Assembly: GCF_006345805.1 (NCBI RefSeq)
Contig: NC_043000.1
Span: 46,376,001-46,440,000, forward strand
Direction: 5' to 3'
Origin: Octopus sinensis
Taxonomy: Eukaryota
DNA: 64,000 nucleotides
Of this stretch, positions 10,901-24,699 are shown piece after piece (the first letter of the stretch is position 1; the number at the start of each line of letters is the position of its first letter). The position numbers and the translations under genes were made by a program. The notes below the pieces were generated by a model, which worked only from the letters and a program-made list of their open reading frames with translations, did not search any database and was not told the DNA's origin.

Positions 10901-11786
10901 AAATTACATTAGCTGTTGACAAATAAATATGATAAAAGCAAGTGTTAATTTTATAGTAATTCACACCATTCAAAATTACAAGTAATAAATGTCTTAAGTT
11001 TCATATTAATTATGTGTATTTTAGATAGGAGGTTGTACACTTATCAGGAATTGTTGTGATGAAATAATTAAATAGGAAGTTTTAAACTTAAGAAGAGAAG
11101 AAAGTGAGAGAGATAGAAAGACAGACAGACAGGCAGACAGAGTTCAATCCATCAGATACACAAAGCAGTACCTGACTATGTCATTAATCACAATCTGTGA
11201 TAAGTGAAATTTGATTTTCTCAAATGAATTGAATATCCTCAAAAGGTTAGTCCTTTCTTTCTTTGGCAGATATTTATGAAACCTGATTAAATGTAGCAGA
11301 AGAGATAAAGCACAAAACTACTAAGATCTAAAGTCAATAGGATTATCTGAAAGGCCTGTCACCTAATCAAGATTTTACATCTGTTTAAAGTTTTCAAGAA
11401 CTCCCAAGAAAATATAACTGATGGAAATAATGAGATTTTAATGTAAATATTACCCAAACACATCTGTGACAGTTAAGAATGTTATATAAAGGTGACATGC
11501 TTGATCAGAATGAAGATTGAGTATCAAGTACAGAGGGAAGCCTTGGTGCCTTTTTCTCATACAATTTTAAAGCATTATACCTTCAGTCCTTTAGGATCAG
11601 AAGACAAGCTATGTAAATCTACTATACTTTAACTCTAGTTAATAGTTGGTCATAAAAACAAAAGAAACCTGGAAAAGTAAAGCATAAATACTGCAATGCT
11701 ACTAATAAATAGCCATACATGCAAACATGGATGCAAAAGGAGATACCTGTACAGGAAGTATAAAAGCAACATGTGAAACAAAATGT

Positions 11787-12156
11787 TAGCTTGCTTACCA
11801 GCCACATGGTTCCGGGTTCAGTCCCACTGCATGGCACTTTGGGCAAGTGTCTTCTACTATAGCCTTGGGCTGACCAAAGCCTTGTGAATGGATTTGGTAG
11901 ACGAAAACTGAAAGAAGCCCATTGTATATATGTATATATGTGTGTGTGTGTTTGTGTGTCTGTTTTTGTTCCCCCAACATCGCTTGACAACTGATGGTGG
12001 TGTGTTTACGTCCCCGTAACTTAGTGGTTCGGCAAAAGAGACTGATACAATAAGTACTAGGCTTACAAATAATAAGTCCTGGGGTCGATTTGCTCGACTA
12101 AAGGCAGTGTTCCAGCATGGCCACTATCAAATGTCTGAAACAAGTTAAAGAGAGTA
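11787..12156 (+). mobile_element. SINE family A, slightly 5'-truncated
   Basis: Collinear match to the family A copies. Confidence 0.85.
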
Positions 12157-12822
12157 ATCAAAATACTAATTCACTACAAAGTGATGAAGCTTCACAGTCA
12201 AGATGCAAGCAAACATTCTCAGTGAAAGAACATTAATTTCAAGAAATGTTATTTCTGTGAAGCCATATGTCACTGACTCTCATAGTTATTAAATATAACA
12301 CAGGCAATGCATTCATAAAACATCAAGAATATATACAACAGAAATTAGAGAAGTAGTTTTGAGAAACACAAAAGTAGAAACCTTAAAATTAACTTTTGTC
12401 ATCAGAAACATGAAATAACAACCACAGCTGTAAAACTAAATTATAAATCTGCAAATTATGAAAACAAATAGCCTATATCAGGATACTAAATTGAAAGCTG
12501 CTGAAAGTCTACTAAAGTAAAAAAAAAAAATGTTATGTTCAACAAGCAAATTTCATCTATTGTAGAATGAAATCAGGGTTCGTGGAAGCATGCTGAATAA
12601 AAACTATATGAAATTAGTGACATCAGACTTGAAAACATGCTTTGAAGTAAATGTGAAAAAAAGGTGAATTAGTTAACCACTGTGGTAAATTAAGAGTCCA
12701 TGAAAAATTTTTGATTTAGATGTATTTATTGGAAGAAACAACTTCACTATTTTCACTAACGTTTTAAATAGTTTAATCTACACAAGTTAATGTGAGTAAA
12801 ACAAAATAAGAATTTTGAAAGA

Positions 12823-13125
12823 AGCAATAGCCCAGTGGTTAGGGCAGTGGACTCGTGGTCGGAGAAGCACGGTTTCAATTCCCAGATTGGACGTTGTGTG
12901 TGTTTATTAAGCAAAAACATCTAAAGCTCCATGAGGCTCTGGCAGTGGGGGGGGGGGGCGACTCCTGTTGTACTCTTTTGCCCCAACTTTCTCTCATTTT
13001 TTCTTCCTGTTTCTTGAGTAATGCTGCGATGGACTGGCGTCCTGTCCAGCTGGGGGGAACACATATGCCACAGAAACTGGGAAACCGGTCCCATGAGCCT
13101 GTCTAGGCTTGAAAAGGGCGCATAT
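12823..13125 (+). mobile_element. SINE family C, tail type 2
   Basis: Same head and body as 4819, but the tail is gctgcgatggactggcgtcctgtccag...gaaaccgg. Confidence 0.75.
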
Positions 13126-13730
13126 ATAAAAAGAAAATCTATAAAACTAGTTTTAAAACATTGAATGGCTATTGGGGACCCACCAGAATAAAATAGTAAT
13201 CAAAGGAATCCATAGATAAAAATAAAATGGCTGTGAACCCCTCAATTTATATCTTACAACAGGACTTTGCTTCAAGAATCTCACCTATTAGTGCTGAGAT
13301 TTCATCACACAGCATTGAAAGAGCATGAAGGGTATGTTAAAATACACAAAATGACTATAAACAGCCCTTAGCTTTTGCATATAATCTTCCCACAAAACAA
13401 AAATAATCAAGTTAAAAATCCCTGCTTTGTCTGAACATCGTGTATGTGATACATACACTGGGTATTTTAATTTTCCATTCTTAGAGGACCATTGTGCCAT
13501 TTACAGTATGTGAAAACGAAGAATGTGCGACTCTGTCGAGAGTAGTTACTAATTAACAACATAATACTGGATAAAAACTGTAAAGAATCATAGAAAATTA
13601 ACTGCAGTGTGACTAGAGTATGTGAAAGCCTTTGAAATTAATCCATAAGGTGTGATTATCAAAGTTTTACAGTAAATTAGCCAAGTTTCCACAACCATTA
13701 TTCCACAATTAGCCCAAATTTGGTACATAC

Positions 13731-13783
13731 CTTACTTCTCAGAGTCAGAATGAAACCAGTTGCATTTGGTGTTACACATTTAT
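13731..13783 (-). CDS. Candidate internal coding exon of an unidentified gene (phase 1 to 0): (D)KCVTPNATGFILTLRSK
   Basis: Strong acceptor atttactttcag and donor AAG/gtatgt around a 53-nt open frame in non-repeat DNA. No homology recognised; could be chance. Confidence 0.35.
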
Positions 13784-14776
13784 CTGAAAGTAAATCCTGC
13801 AAGCTGATATCTTATCAGTACTGCAATTTTTCCTTCCATTAAACTCATTGTTGTATTGCATTTCTGTTGTGAATTTTATACAGCTGTGAATTCAAATTTA
13901 AATATTATCACTTTTATCTCATAACCAGCGGGCATCATTCACAATGACAAACTAAATGTCATAATATTTTCAAGTATCGGCACATAATCTTTTACTCAAA
14001 ACTGAAAGGAAACAGGATTCCGTGACATTTGTACCTTTCACAAGCTCATCTGTTCTTGTGAAACAGTGAAACAAAGCTCATCATTTAAACAAAAATAATT
14101 ATCATTCCCTTTGAGGTGAATGTTATAAATACTGGCTTGTTTTGAGTATGGCCCAAGATAATTGATATAAGGATAGAATATGGTTCATAAGTCTCTGATC
14201 CTTGAAAGAATTATGATATGAAACACACCACAAAATTGAATACTGTAAAAACATTCAACTGAATCCTCTAGCATCATTCTAATAAAAATGGTTATATATT
14301 TGTCTAATAATAATAATAACATTCTTTAATATAAAATTTGTTAAGCTTAGGCATTTTTGCTAAACTTAAACATGTTTGTTAACCTTGTACATCTTCATCA
14401 ATCATGATCATTTCATTAAGATCGAGTAAATTTGCTAACCTTTTAGGCATGTTTCCCAAGATGTACATAATTCTTGTTTTAAGAAAGAATAACACATCAT
14501 GTACTTCTCAAAGGATGAATTATAAATAATAATAATAATGATAATAATGATAATAATATAATAATAATAATAATAATGATAATAAACTTTTCAACAATAA
14601 GATATGAAACAGAGATAACTAGAATGCAGAAAATGAAAATATAGGCCTTGTGAATGAGCGAAAAAAAAGAACCAGACAAATACTAAAACACCAAGATTTA
14701 CACATACTGACAGCACATACACCAGGCACTCAGAGTTATCCTCTCTTGTGTAGTGAAAGTAGGCGGCAAAAATAAT

Positions 14777-14996
14777 TATTTCTGTATTGCCCACAGAGGG
14801 CTAAACATAGAGGGACAAACAAAGGGTTTCAGTCAATTACATCGATCTCAGTGCATAACTGGTACTTATTTAATCAACTCCAAAAGGATGAAAGGAAAAG
14901 TCGACCTCAGCAGAGTTTGAACTCAGAACGTAACGATAGACGAAATACCACTAAATATTTCGCCCTGTGTGCTAACGATTCTGCCAGCTCACTACC
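14777..14996 (-). mobile_element. SINE family B
   Basis: Reverse complement of the 1696 family; TSD-like flanks gcggcaaaaataat / gcagtaaaaataat. Confidence 0.85.
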
Positions 14997-15393
14997 CTTA
15001 TGCAGTAAAAATAATACAAAGACAATGTTGTTGATGATGATGATGATGATTGTTTCTGATAGCACACAGCTTGAGATTTTGGTGGAAGGAGAACAGTTAA
15101 TTAAAATGAGCTGAGTATTTGACTGGTACTTCATTTGGGAGAAGGGGGTATTTAATTAAATGGACCCCACTACCAAGCTGATATTTAGTTATATTACTGC
15201 TGAATGAATAAATACAAAAATTTAATGCAAGTAGTTCCCCTGTCTAACCACTATCATCATCAGCATCATCATCATCAGCAGAATTTGAACTCAAAACTTA
15301 AAACCAGAAGAAACAGAGCTAAGCATTTTGTTTGATGTGCTCATTCACTGCCTTAATAATAACAACAACCACAACAACAGTAACAGTAGTAGC

Positions 15394-15424
<31 letters not shown>

Positions 15425-15445
15425 TAATAATAATAATAATAATAA

Positions 15446-16001
15446 ATGCCCTGATGCAGTACCAGGCAGTGGCTCTCATGGCTTCTGATCTTAACTGGTT
15501 GGAAGTGCTATCATGTACATTGTTTTGTCTTGGTATAAAAGATGAGTTACAGCAAATATTCTGTTCAATACCACAAACTTGCTTGTCAGTTGTTTGACCT
15601 TAACCATTTGAGCATGTCCCTTAGTGGCTGATGATATGTGCATCTCTGATCACGAGCAGAAGTAGTTGGGGAGCATCATAGCCATGTGTCGAGAGGGATT
15701 CTTTGGGGTTTGAATAATTCACCTCTGAAAACATGGGTGTTTCATTCAACACCCTTAAACATCCCCTATTCAGGGACCTTTTGAGTGGGATGGGTTACTT
15801 GACCAGAAGAAAATTCTAACTGGGCCCCACCTGCAAGGTCATGTGCTGTTTATCTTGATATGAGATCACCATGTCACGCACATATGGCTGTGATGCATAT
15901 GCCTAGTGTACCCTTATCAGACAGGTAGTCATGATGGGTATACTGGGCTTCGTATATTTTACCCCAGTGTCACTTTGATGGCATGCCCTACTTTCTCACT
16001 C

Positions 16002-16002
<1 letters not shown>
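15446..16002. mobile_element. ~560-bp non-coding interspersed element inserted within (AAT)n
   Basis: Higher-GC non-coding block bounded on both sides by long (AAT)n tracts. A decayed copy of its right end, also ending in (AAT)n, lies at ~37760-37880. Confidence 0.6.
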
Positions 16003-16056
<54 letters not shown>

Positions 16057-17427
16057 TTTAAGCAACAACAACACTAAGAATAAATAGGGTTTTATTTTCA
16101 TGTCACTATAGAATCAGTTGAGACAGTTAACATTTAACTTAAGCCAGAGATTTTGTTTTAAAGCAGCTAGTATTTACATAGCTCGGTAAATGTTTGAAAT
16201 TTTAGCAGTATACAATACTATGTGGTAGAACATTGACATGGTAAGTAAATTTACTTGCAATATCAAAATCACTTTAGTGTAGAACTTTATCACACTTGTA
16301 ACATGGATACAATGATGAATAGCTATTACATAGATGCTCTATACAGCAGTGTGTTCTGCTAAAGCATTACAACTAACAATAAACATTTTTACACAAACCA
16401 TCAACTTAAAAAAGAACATGATGCCAGTTACAGAATTATGATGACTAAATAAATAAATGAAAGCTTTTAGCTTTTATTTTATTTACTTAACGAACTTCTG
16501 ATGTCATTGCTCCTTATTACAGCTTTTCCAGTTATTAAACAAGTGTACTGCATTATCATAACGAAAAATAACTATCATTGAATATATTTCAAAAATCCAG
16601 TCTAAAAAGCAAAATATAAAATGCTAATCAATATACATTCCATTTTATTTGTAATAATTTCCAGTAGTTAAGCAAAATCAATTTTATTTCACATCCTTAC
16701 AACAGACAACTCATTTTTCCAAGAAGGGCCAAGCCAAAAAGTCAGACACCATGTCTTTTCAATGAACAGAAATTCTCTTAACTGTTTGTATTTTTGATGA
16801 CTCAGACTCACACTAGTTTCCATGGATACAGGCTTACTATTCCCTTTATAATTAGCCAAAGATAGCAAAGAAATGATGCGAGATATCTGAGTATTCAACC
16901 AAGAATTATCATGTTTCTTCTTAAAACCTCAGCAAACCTGCAACTGAGCAGATCTGTGTTTAGAGGTATTCAGCTACAGCCATCAGATCTTTTTAGATGT
17001 ATCTGATGAAGCCTTTTCTTATTCAAATTAATAGAGTGTGATTCAAGAGTTTGGCTGCTATATGTAGTATGTCAACCAACCATGTATGAGCTCTTCATTT
17101 GGCTCAATTATATGCTGTTTCAGTCAAAGTTCAGATATGATCAAATACATTGCTACAACAACGAAATTCAGTGCAGGCATGGAAAGCCTAACATTGTTTT
17201 CAGATATATTGTATCTTAGACTAATTCATTCAATATGCCTATATATACATTATAAGATGGTGGGATGTGATCTTATGAAGATCTAATTCTCAAGCAATCA
17301 TATAGAATCTCTCTGATTGGCACAGATGTTTATAAATTTTGTGTCTAAGTAGAATGGATAATTAAAACTACTAAGGGAAACATTCTTCAAACTTTTATAA
17401 AATGTTATCTTCTTTAATTATAATAAA

Positions 17428-18125
17428 TCATCATCATCATTTAACGTCCGCTTTTCATGCTAGCATGGGTTGAACAATTTGACTGAGGACTGGTGAACCA
17501 GATAGCTGTACCAGGCTCCAATCTGATCTGGCAGAGTTTCTACAGCTGAATGCCCTTCCTAATGCCCACCACTCCGAGAGTGTAGTGGGTTCTTGTATGT
17601 ATCACTGGCACGAGGGCCAGTCTGGTGGTACTGACAACGGCCATGCTTGAAATGGTGTTTTTTACGTGCCACCTACACAGGAGTCAGTCCAGCGGCACTG
17701 GCAATGACCACACTTGAAAGTTTTGTTCACATGCCAGTAAAGCGATGCTGGTAATGATCCTGCTCAGATGGAACTGTTAGTGCTCCACTGGCACGGGTGC
17801 CAGTCATCGAATTTGGTTCAATTTCGATTTCACTTACCCCAACAGGTCTTCACAAGCAGAGTTAAGTGTCCAATGAAGGGAGGTTGGCATGGGTGCCAGT
17901 TGTCGAATTTGGTTCGATTTCGAATTCAATTTCGATTTTACTTGCCTCAACAGGTCTTCGCAAGCAGAGTTTTGTGTCCAAAGAAGGAAAGATGTGCATA
18001 AGTGGGCTGGCCACATCCCTGGTAAAGGCCACGGGTTATGGTCTCACTTGTCCTGCTGGGTCTTCTCATGCACAGCATATTTCCAAAGGTCTTGGTCAAT
18101 AGTCATTGCCTCAGTGAGGCCTAAT
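17428..18125 (-). mobile_element. 5'-truncated RTE LINE: ORF2 C-terminus plus whole 3' UTR
   Basis: Minus strand encodes LGLTEAMTIDQDLWKYAVHEKTQQDK*, matching the end of the 52.6-kb LINE. Then a UTR with an internal ~95-bp duplication, the tandem units and the (GAT)n tail. Confidence 0.8.
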
Positions 18126-21100
18126 GTAGTTTTTAAATATATGGAGCATCTGAAAGATTTAAGCCTACAAAATATATTGGAAGGAAATGTACAATGTCAT
18201 CTGGTGACTAATTATTTAAAAATTTCTATGTATGCTATTATTTATATATGGATGTTGAACAATCTTGTTTCTTATATTTCACATTTTCATTCACGTAATG
18301 CAGAAGATCTCATCGCCTTCTGTAATGTTATCTTATTTATAATGCTACAATGACAGACATCTGCAATGTGTATTCCAATAAAAAACCTCCATATTGACAG
18401 TTCTGATATACCAACGATACCCAACAGGCTTGCATGAATACAATTTATTCAGATAAATTTTCAAATATAGATGTAATACAATAGGTTTCTGTTCCTGGTT
18501 AAATAGAACTTACTCTGATTTTTCTATGCTATCATAACATTGATAAAATCAAGGAAAACTAGAAGACCAATGTTAAGTTATATATGGTGTGACCTGCTGT
18601 AAATAAATAAATACTATAGACCCTGCTGTGTTGCTTTGTATAGGCATCTGTGATACTGTTAAAACAGCCCTGCAGTAGAATATAAAACCAGATGATCTCA
18701 CTCCCAGAGAAACATTCAAATCATATAAAAAAAGGTTTATCTAGAATTTGTCAAAGCTGCAAAACTGAATGATGACCAACTCTTCAAACTGCATAAGCTT
18801 AATATTTTCTTTTTCTTTCTTTTTTTTGTTGAGAAGAGGTGTGAACATCACAGTGTATGAATACTTTAATAGCTAATACAGCCCTACCGTAACTTAACAT
18901 CTATTAAAGTTAAACAAGAAAGAAAATAAGAACATATGTCCTGGATATTTGATAGGAAACAATTTCCAAAGCATATAGCCAAGCATATAATTTTAAATTA
19001 TACTGGCTTGTTGAGTGTTCTAACTCATTAAGCTAGAACATTCTTTGGAAATCCCAAGAAATTCTCTCTGTGACAATTAATTACAAAATAAGAGAGAAGA
19101 GGTTGTCTTCATATCATTTCCAAAGACCCCCCCCTAGATAGTTTATAGGATTGACAGGAGTAAGTTAATGCAGCAAATCCATAGTTAAATTGTTGCTTGT
19201 TAACAGAAGTATGAGACAGATTACCAGAGGTATGTAACTGGCTCGAGGCTGAACTCCAGAATGATTTATATTTGATTCTCAAATATTATTCTGCATTCAT
19301 CACTAACATCAGCAGATTTAAACAGATATTCCAGCTATTCTATAGACAAGGAATTTTATCATAATGCATCAACCTTGTTATATTTCTTTTCATAAGATTT
19401 TTGAATAATCTCAATTCAATTTTTGCTTATACTAAAGAGGCAAAATATGTATCAGTATCATTACTTATAAACAACATATAGATTTTTAAAATAATAAGTT
19501 TTTTTATGCAAGTACAATGACTGATAGATCAATAAGGCAGATCACTCTTTACAGGGTCATAGGTTCAAATTTTACTAATCAATTATTTAGTTCTAAAGGA
19601 GCAGTGACCAAATGTTTAAGTCATAAAATGGTGGATATGATTACTTCCAAAGGTTTTTAATTCAATAATAACAGTGATTATTTCAAATTTTACAACTTTC
19701 ACTGTGTAGTTCCCTTCAGCATTGATCATCTCTTCGCCTGAATAAGTTTCCTTGACTAAATGAAGTAAAAAAAGAAATGTAAAAAGTAAATTTTGCTCCT
19801 ACATTACACTTGAGTGATTAGGGCTAAGAAGGGCATCCATCCATCATCATCTTTGAACAAGTATGGAAAAATGGTGTAAAACTGCAAAGAAAGATGAACA
19901 CCATAAAATGATGCATTACATGTGTCACCTTTTTCTAGAGCTAATATTTATGTATATTTCACTCATATACCATAAAACACCATGTGTAATAAATACGTTT
20001 TCATAAAAAGCAAGAGTTAAATTAGGTGTACCTATATTAAATGGTGTTAGACTGCAAATGATTTGTTCCCGATCCACTTTTATGGAGAAACAGTAACACT
20101 GTAATGTAAGGAAGCTTTATTAGTTTTAAAGAATTTTAAAAATTTTATATCAAGATTATTATCATTATCATCATCAGTTTAACATACACTTTTGCATACT
20201 TGCATGGGTTAGATGCAATTTATCAAGGCAGATTTTCTATGACTGCATGCACTTTCTATTGCCAATTCTCCAAGCAAGATAATATTTCTTCTAGGTCAGA
20301 CATGATTTTTATGGAAGATTACAAATGAACCAAGCTGGTTGCATTGCATGATGGTGATACTAATTTACCTTTATCATGTGATATCAAGACAAGATGTGAA
20401 TACACCCTAGCACACATAAATACATAGAAATGTTACCAATATCTCTTGTTTAAACATCATCAGCTCAAAAGATAACTGACAAACAGTCTTGTTTTCAGCT
20501 TGATAAATAGTGGAATAAATTATTATTTTGACCAAGAAACCTTAGGTAGCTGTATTTATAAGATTTGTGGGGTTTTTTTCGGTAAGGATAAATACAGAGA
20601 GAGAGAGAGAGAGAGATAAACATATAAAACAGCCTTCTTTCATTTTCTATCTTCTTTGGTTGGTTCAGAACTTGAGTGCAAAACACTTATCCAAGGTACC
20701 ACACAGTTGAACTGAACTCAAAGCCATGTGGCTGGAAAACTAATTTCTTAACCACACAGCTATACCTCCATGATTTTATATATAAATGAATATTAAAACC
20801 TAATATTTTGGATTATTGCAGATTACCTACTTTATAGCAGTTCTGTATTCAGAGACTTGTTACACATAATATAATAGGTTTTTCAAAAGAAATGAATCCT
20901 AAAATTCGAGATGTATATTACACATAGCAGAGTATTATACATGAAACATTTATTGTACTTCTCCCATATCTGCTACAAAATTCATTTTTTATAATAATGA
21001 AATGAAAAACATCATCATCATTATTATTTAAATTCTGTTTTCCATGCTGGCATGGGTCGAACGGTTTGGCGGCAATTGTCCAGCTGAAGAGCTGCCTAGG

Positions 21101-21306
21101 TGCTATGTGTGTTTTGGTATGGTTTCTATAGCTGGGTACCCTTCCTAATGCTAGCTACTTTACAGAGCATTTACATTTACTTTACTTAAAGCTTTTACAC
21201 AACACAAGCACAGGTGCTTTTATTTGGCACTAGCATGGGTAGGTTTTATGTGACACCAGCACCCATGAGCCTGCAAGATTAGGATCATTCAGCTGAAGAG
21301 GGATAT

Positions 21307-21730
21307 AGGGCAGGAGTGGCTGTATGGTAAGTAGCTTGCTTACCAACCACATGGTTCCGGGTTCAGTCCCACTGCATGGCATCTTGGGCAAGTGTCTTCA
21401 TCTATAGCCCCGGGCCGACCAATGCCTTGTGAGTGGATTTGGTAGACGGAAACTGAAAGAAGCCTGTCGTATATATGTATATATATATATATGTATGTGT
21501 GTGTATATGTTTGTGTGTCTGTGTTTGTCCCCCTAGTATTGCTTGACAACCGATGCTGGTGTGTTTACGTCCCTGTCACTTAGCGGTTCGGCAAAAGAGA
21601 CTGATAGAACAAGTACTGGGCTTACAAAGAATAAGTCCAGGGGTTGATTTGCACGACTAAAGGCGGTGCTCCAGCATGGCTGCAGTCAAATGACTGAAAC
21701 AAGTAAAAGAGTAAAGAGAGTAAAAGAGTA
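21307..21730 (+). mobile_element. SINE family A, full length
   Basis: Collinear match including the (GAGTAAAA) tail. Confidence 0.85.
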
Positions 21731-21754
21731 GGGGACATGCTTGTATGCAAGGAC

Positions 21755-21935
21755 AACCACGATTTCCTTTAGTTTGGCATGTCTTCTCAAGCACAGGAAA
21801 CCACCAGAAGTTTCAAATCCCTTGTCATCCCCATCTGTTAGGCCCAACGTCTGAAGATCATTTCTCACCAATTTAACCCACAACTTCCTGGGTCTACTTC
21901 TTCTGCACGTTCCCTCTACAATGAGAAATCGATAT
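21755..21935 (-). mobile_element. RTE LINE ORF2 C-terminal fragment
   Basis: IVEGTCRRSRPRKLWVKLVRNDLQTLGLT aligns with TLEGTCGKGRLKKTWDEVVKHDLQTLGLT at ~54540-54620. Confidence 0.75.
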
Positions 21936-22574
21936 ATAAGCAAATTTTCACTTACATGCTAGCAACACATTTCTATGCCTCTATGTGCTCACTAAACCTG
22001 AGAGGAATTGCAGCAACTCTTTCTTAAAACATATATTTACTGTCTTAAAAAAGAAAGAATATATCGTTTAATATTGTTCTATGCATACACTGTATGAAAA
22101 AAATGAATAAATAAATAAACTGAGAGTATTTTGGTTGGAAAAGTTCTAATCATAAGTTTACTCATTCAAGAATAACCAGGGACTAAACAATGAGCAGTTC
22201 CCAGTATTAACGGTTTGTATATTTTGTCCACGTATTTTGCAGTGACATTCACTGTGATATTTACTATTGGAATAATGATTATTTTCCTTCAAACCTTGTC
22301 CATTCCAAAAATATTAAACTAAACCAATTATGAATGCTTGATCTTTTTCGTTTTTCTTTTCACTGAGTGCCCATTAAATATGATGCTGTTGTTTCTTTCC
22401 TGTGGATGTGATTAACATTGTGAGAACTATTACATAGCGTTAATGTCACATCCATGCATTATATTCGGATAAAAGATTACACTGATGAGGGAATTTATTC
22501 TAAAAATCTCGTCTCTAAAGCATACCCAATCATCTTAAAAAAGACGGGTCTTTTGGAATCATTTACTCTCATTC

Positions 22575-22810
22575 AATGCAGCAGCTGTGGGTTGGAAGAG
22601 GTCTCATGACAGGCCCCACACCAAATGGCTGGATGTGATCGGAGAAGATCTCGAGAGGCTCAACATCACCTTGGAGGATGCAGAGAGGCTGGCATGGGAC
22701 TGCTAGTGATGGAAAGCACTAGTGAACCTGGTCAGCTCAACACATGACGATGTCTCTGTAACCACTCACCTGGAATGACCCCAGCCCCACCAAGCCAGAG
22801 CATGAAGCAA
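22575..22810 (+). mobile_element. RTE-type LINE C-terminal fragment (different family)
   Basis: GWKRSHDRPHTKWLDVIGEDLERLNITLEDAERLAWD..WKALV matches the typical RTE C-terminal pattern GRPRxxWxDxIxxDL...AxDRxxW. Confidence 0.6.
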
Positions 22811-23531
22811 GCATGTTACAAATTCTAAAAACGATTGGATAGTCATAGCTTTTCTTTTTTTTTTTTTCTTTTGGGGATATATATCATCTAGCTCAAGCAT
22901 AACCTGGAGCTAAACAACAAACAAAAATCACTGACTTCCAGTTTTCTATACTCTTATTAATTCTGACTAATGCCACAAGCATTGCAGTAACATTACAGTC
23001 TGAGAATAAGCTAAAGAGCTAAATAGTATAAACTGACTTTTGAATAATGCCATATCTATATAGAAACAACACAATCAACATTTACAGAATGTATTTTCTT
23101 AAAAAACCATTTATATCTATTTATGTTATATTTTTGGATATATTACCTGTAAAAGTAATAATAACAGAAGTCATTAATATCAATCATATTATCTATTAAT
23201 TCCATTGTCTTCAAAACCAAAATATATCACATTAAAGACTAATACTTTTTCATCGTGGTTGATATGAATGGTGGAACATATATCATAATTCATGATTCAT
23301 CAAGAATTATTTGATTTTGTATTCATCTAAAAAAAATATATAAATACACACATATTATTCATATGCATAATTCACTATCTATATGTCTTTATCATACTAA
23401 AAATTCAAAGTCAGTTTGTCAATTTGTGTGTTCCTATATTTTATTTAAAAAAAACAATAGATTATGGCAATAAAAAAATTTCACCTAATATGCTTGTAAT
23501 CATAATATATTTTGCTTAAAATAACTTCCAG

Positions 23532-23666
23532 TACATTAACAGTTCCTGGAAACCTTGAAAATGGAACGTTTTTTATCAACGTTGCTATCAACATAGAAAA
23601 GAAATTTTCAGCAGTACATGAAATGGTGACAATTTCTGATGTTTGCATAAACCCACTCACCTACTG
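23532..23666 (+). CDS. Candidate exon (phase 2-2): TLTVPGNLENGTFFINVAINIEKKFSAVHEMVTISDVCINPLTY
   Basis: 135-nt open frame between ttccag and TG/gtaagt. Its phase does not fit the neighbouring candidate at 24059; unverified. Confidence 0.25.
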
Positions 23667-23679
23667 GTAAGTATGTGGA

Positions 23680-23855
23680 TTAAGAAAGAAAGAAACAAAC
23701 AAACAAACAAAGAAGGAAGAAACATATGAAAAAATGAAGAAAGACAGACACATAGACAGACAGACACAAACACACACACACACACAGAAAAAAGAAAGAC
23801 AAAAAAGAAAGGATGTGGGAAACAAATGCGTGCACAAATGAACAAAACAGACACA

Positions 23856-23950
<95 letters not shown>

Positions 23951-23965
23951 AAAAAAGAAAGAAAT
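23680..23965. repeat. (AAAG)n / (AC)n compound microsatellite
   Basis: Direct inspection. Other long SSRs: (TA)n 27790-27960, 48640-48705 and 50560-50645; (AAT)n 15355-15445 and 16003-16056; (GATT)/(GT) 57424-57560; (ACAG)/(AGAT) 62530-62640. Confidence 0.95.
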
Positions 23966-24058
23966 CATGTCATTTAAATTAAGACTCTGTGTTTGAAATA
24001 GAATATACAGACAAATGTACACATATACCTGCATGTTTGTTAATGTTCATTTTTCCAG

Positions 24059-24145
24059 GTTGTCTAAAATTAGAGGAATATATTGCTGAGGCATTGCTTT
24101 ACAACTGGATTCCTTTCCTGTTGCTAACATTTATCGGTTTATTAA
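24059..24145 (+). CDS. Candidate exon (phase 1-1): (G)CLKLEEYIAEALLYNWIPFLLLTFIGLL, hydrophobic C-terminal half
   Basis: Acceptor ttcatttttccag, donor AA/gtaaga, 87-nt symmetric open frame resembling the start of a transmembrane helix. Confidence 0.35.
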
Positions 24146-24384
24146 GTAAGATTTCTCTCATCACACATCTTCAAAACCCCAGTGACTTTATAATGTGTTG
24201 ACTAGAGAAGTAGCAATAACAACAGAGCTTGCAGCAACTCTTGTAGAGCACTAACGTAAACCAAGACAAATACACAGGCACATATATACATAAACATACA
24301 CAGACACACACACACACAGACTCACATGGATAGTTAAGAAATAAAAGAAAGAAGCACTCAATTGGAGTATAAATAACAGTTTAT

Positions 24385-24603
24385 GGCCGTGAGCTCGCAG
24401 AATTGTTAGCACATCAGGTGAAATGTTTATCGATATTTCGCCCATCTTTATATTCTGGCTTCAAATTTCCCCAGGGTTGACTTTGCCTTTCATCCTTTCT
24501 GGGTCGATAAAATAAGTAACAGTTGAGCAGTGGGGCCGATGTAATTGACTAGTCCCCTCCACTGAAATTTCAGGCCTTGGGCCTATAGTAGAAAGGATCA
24601 ATA
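24385..24603 (+). mobile_element. SINE family B, diverged
   Basis: gttgactttgcctttcatcctttctgggtcgataaaataagta core present. Confidence 0.75.
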
Positions 24604-24699
24604 ACAGTTTGACCCTGGTTCACGTAACCTACTTGTAAGTGTAGGAGTCCGTCCCACTGGATGTCCAGAAACAGAGGAGAACGAGATTAAAAGACAATC

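Noticed and set aside
15900-15995. Possible twister or HDV-like ribozyme at the end of the (AAT)n-flanked element
   Set aside because: Some pairings exist, but the conserved catalytic motifs and pseudoknot order could not be matched.
18514-18596. Minus-strand segment with a strong acceptor (tttatttacag) and donor (gtaagt)
   Set aside because: Stop codons in all three frames; at most a non-coding exon.
23657-24034. Long low-complexity ORFs (FFLS, YIYI, CVCV and NNNN runs; also 27760, 31379, 41672, 48512 and 50467)
   Set aside because: Translations of microsatellites.
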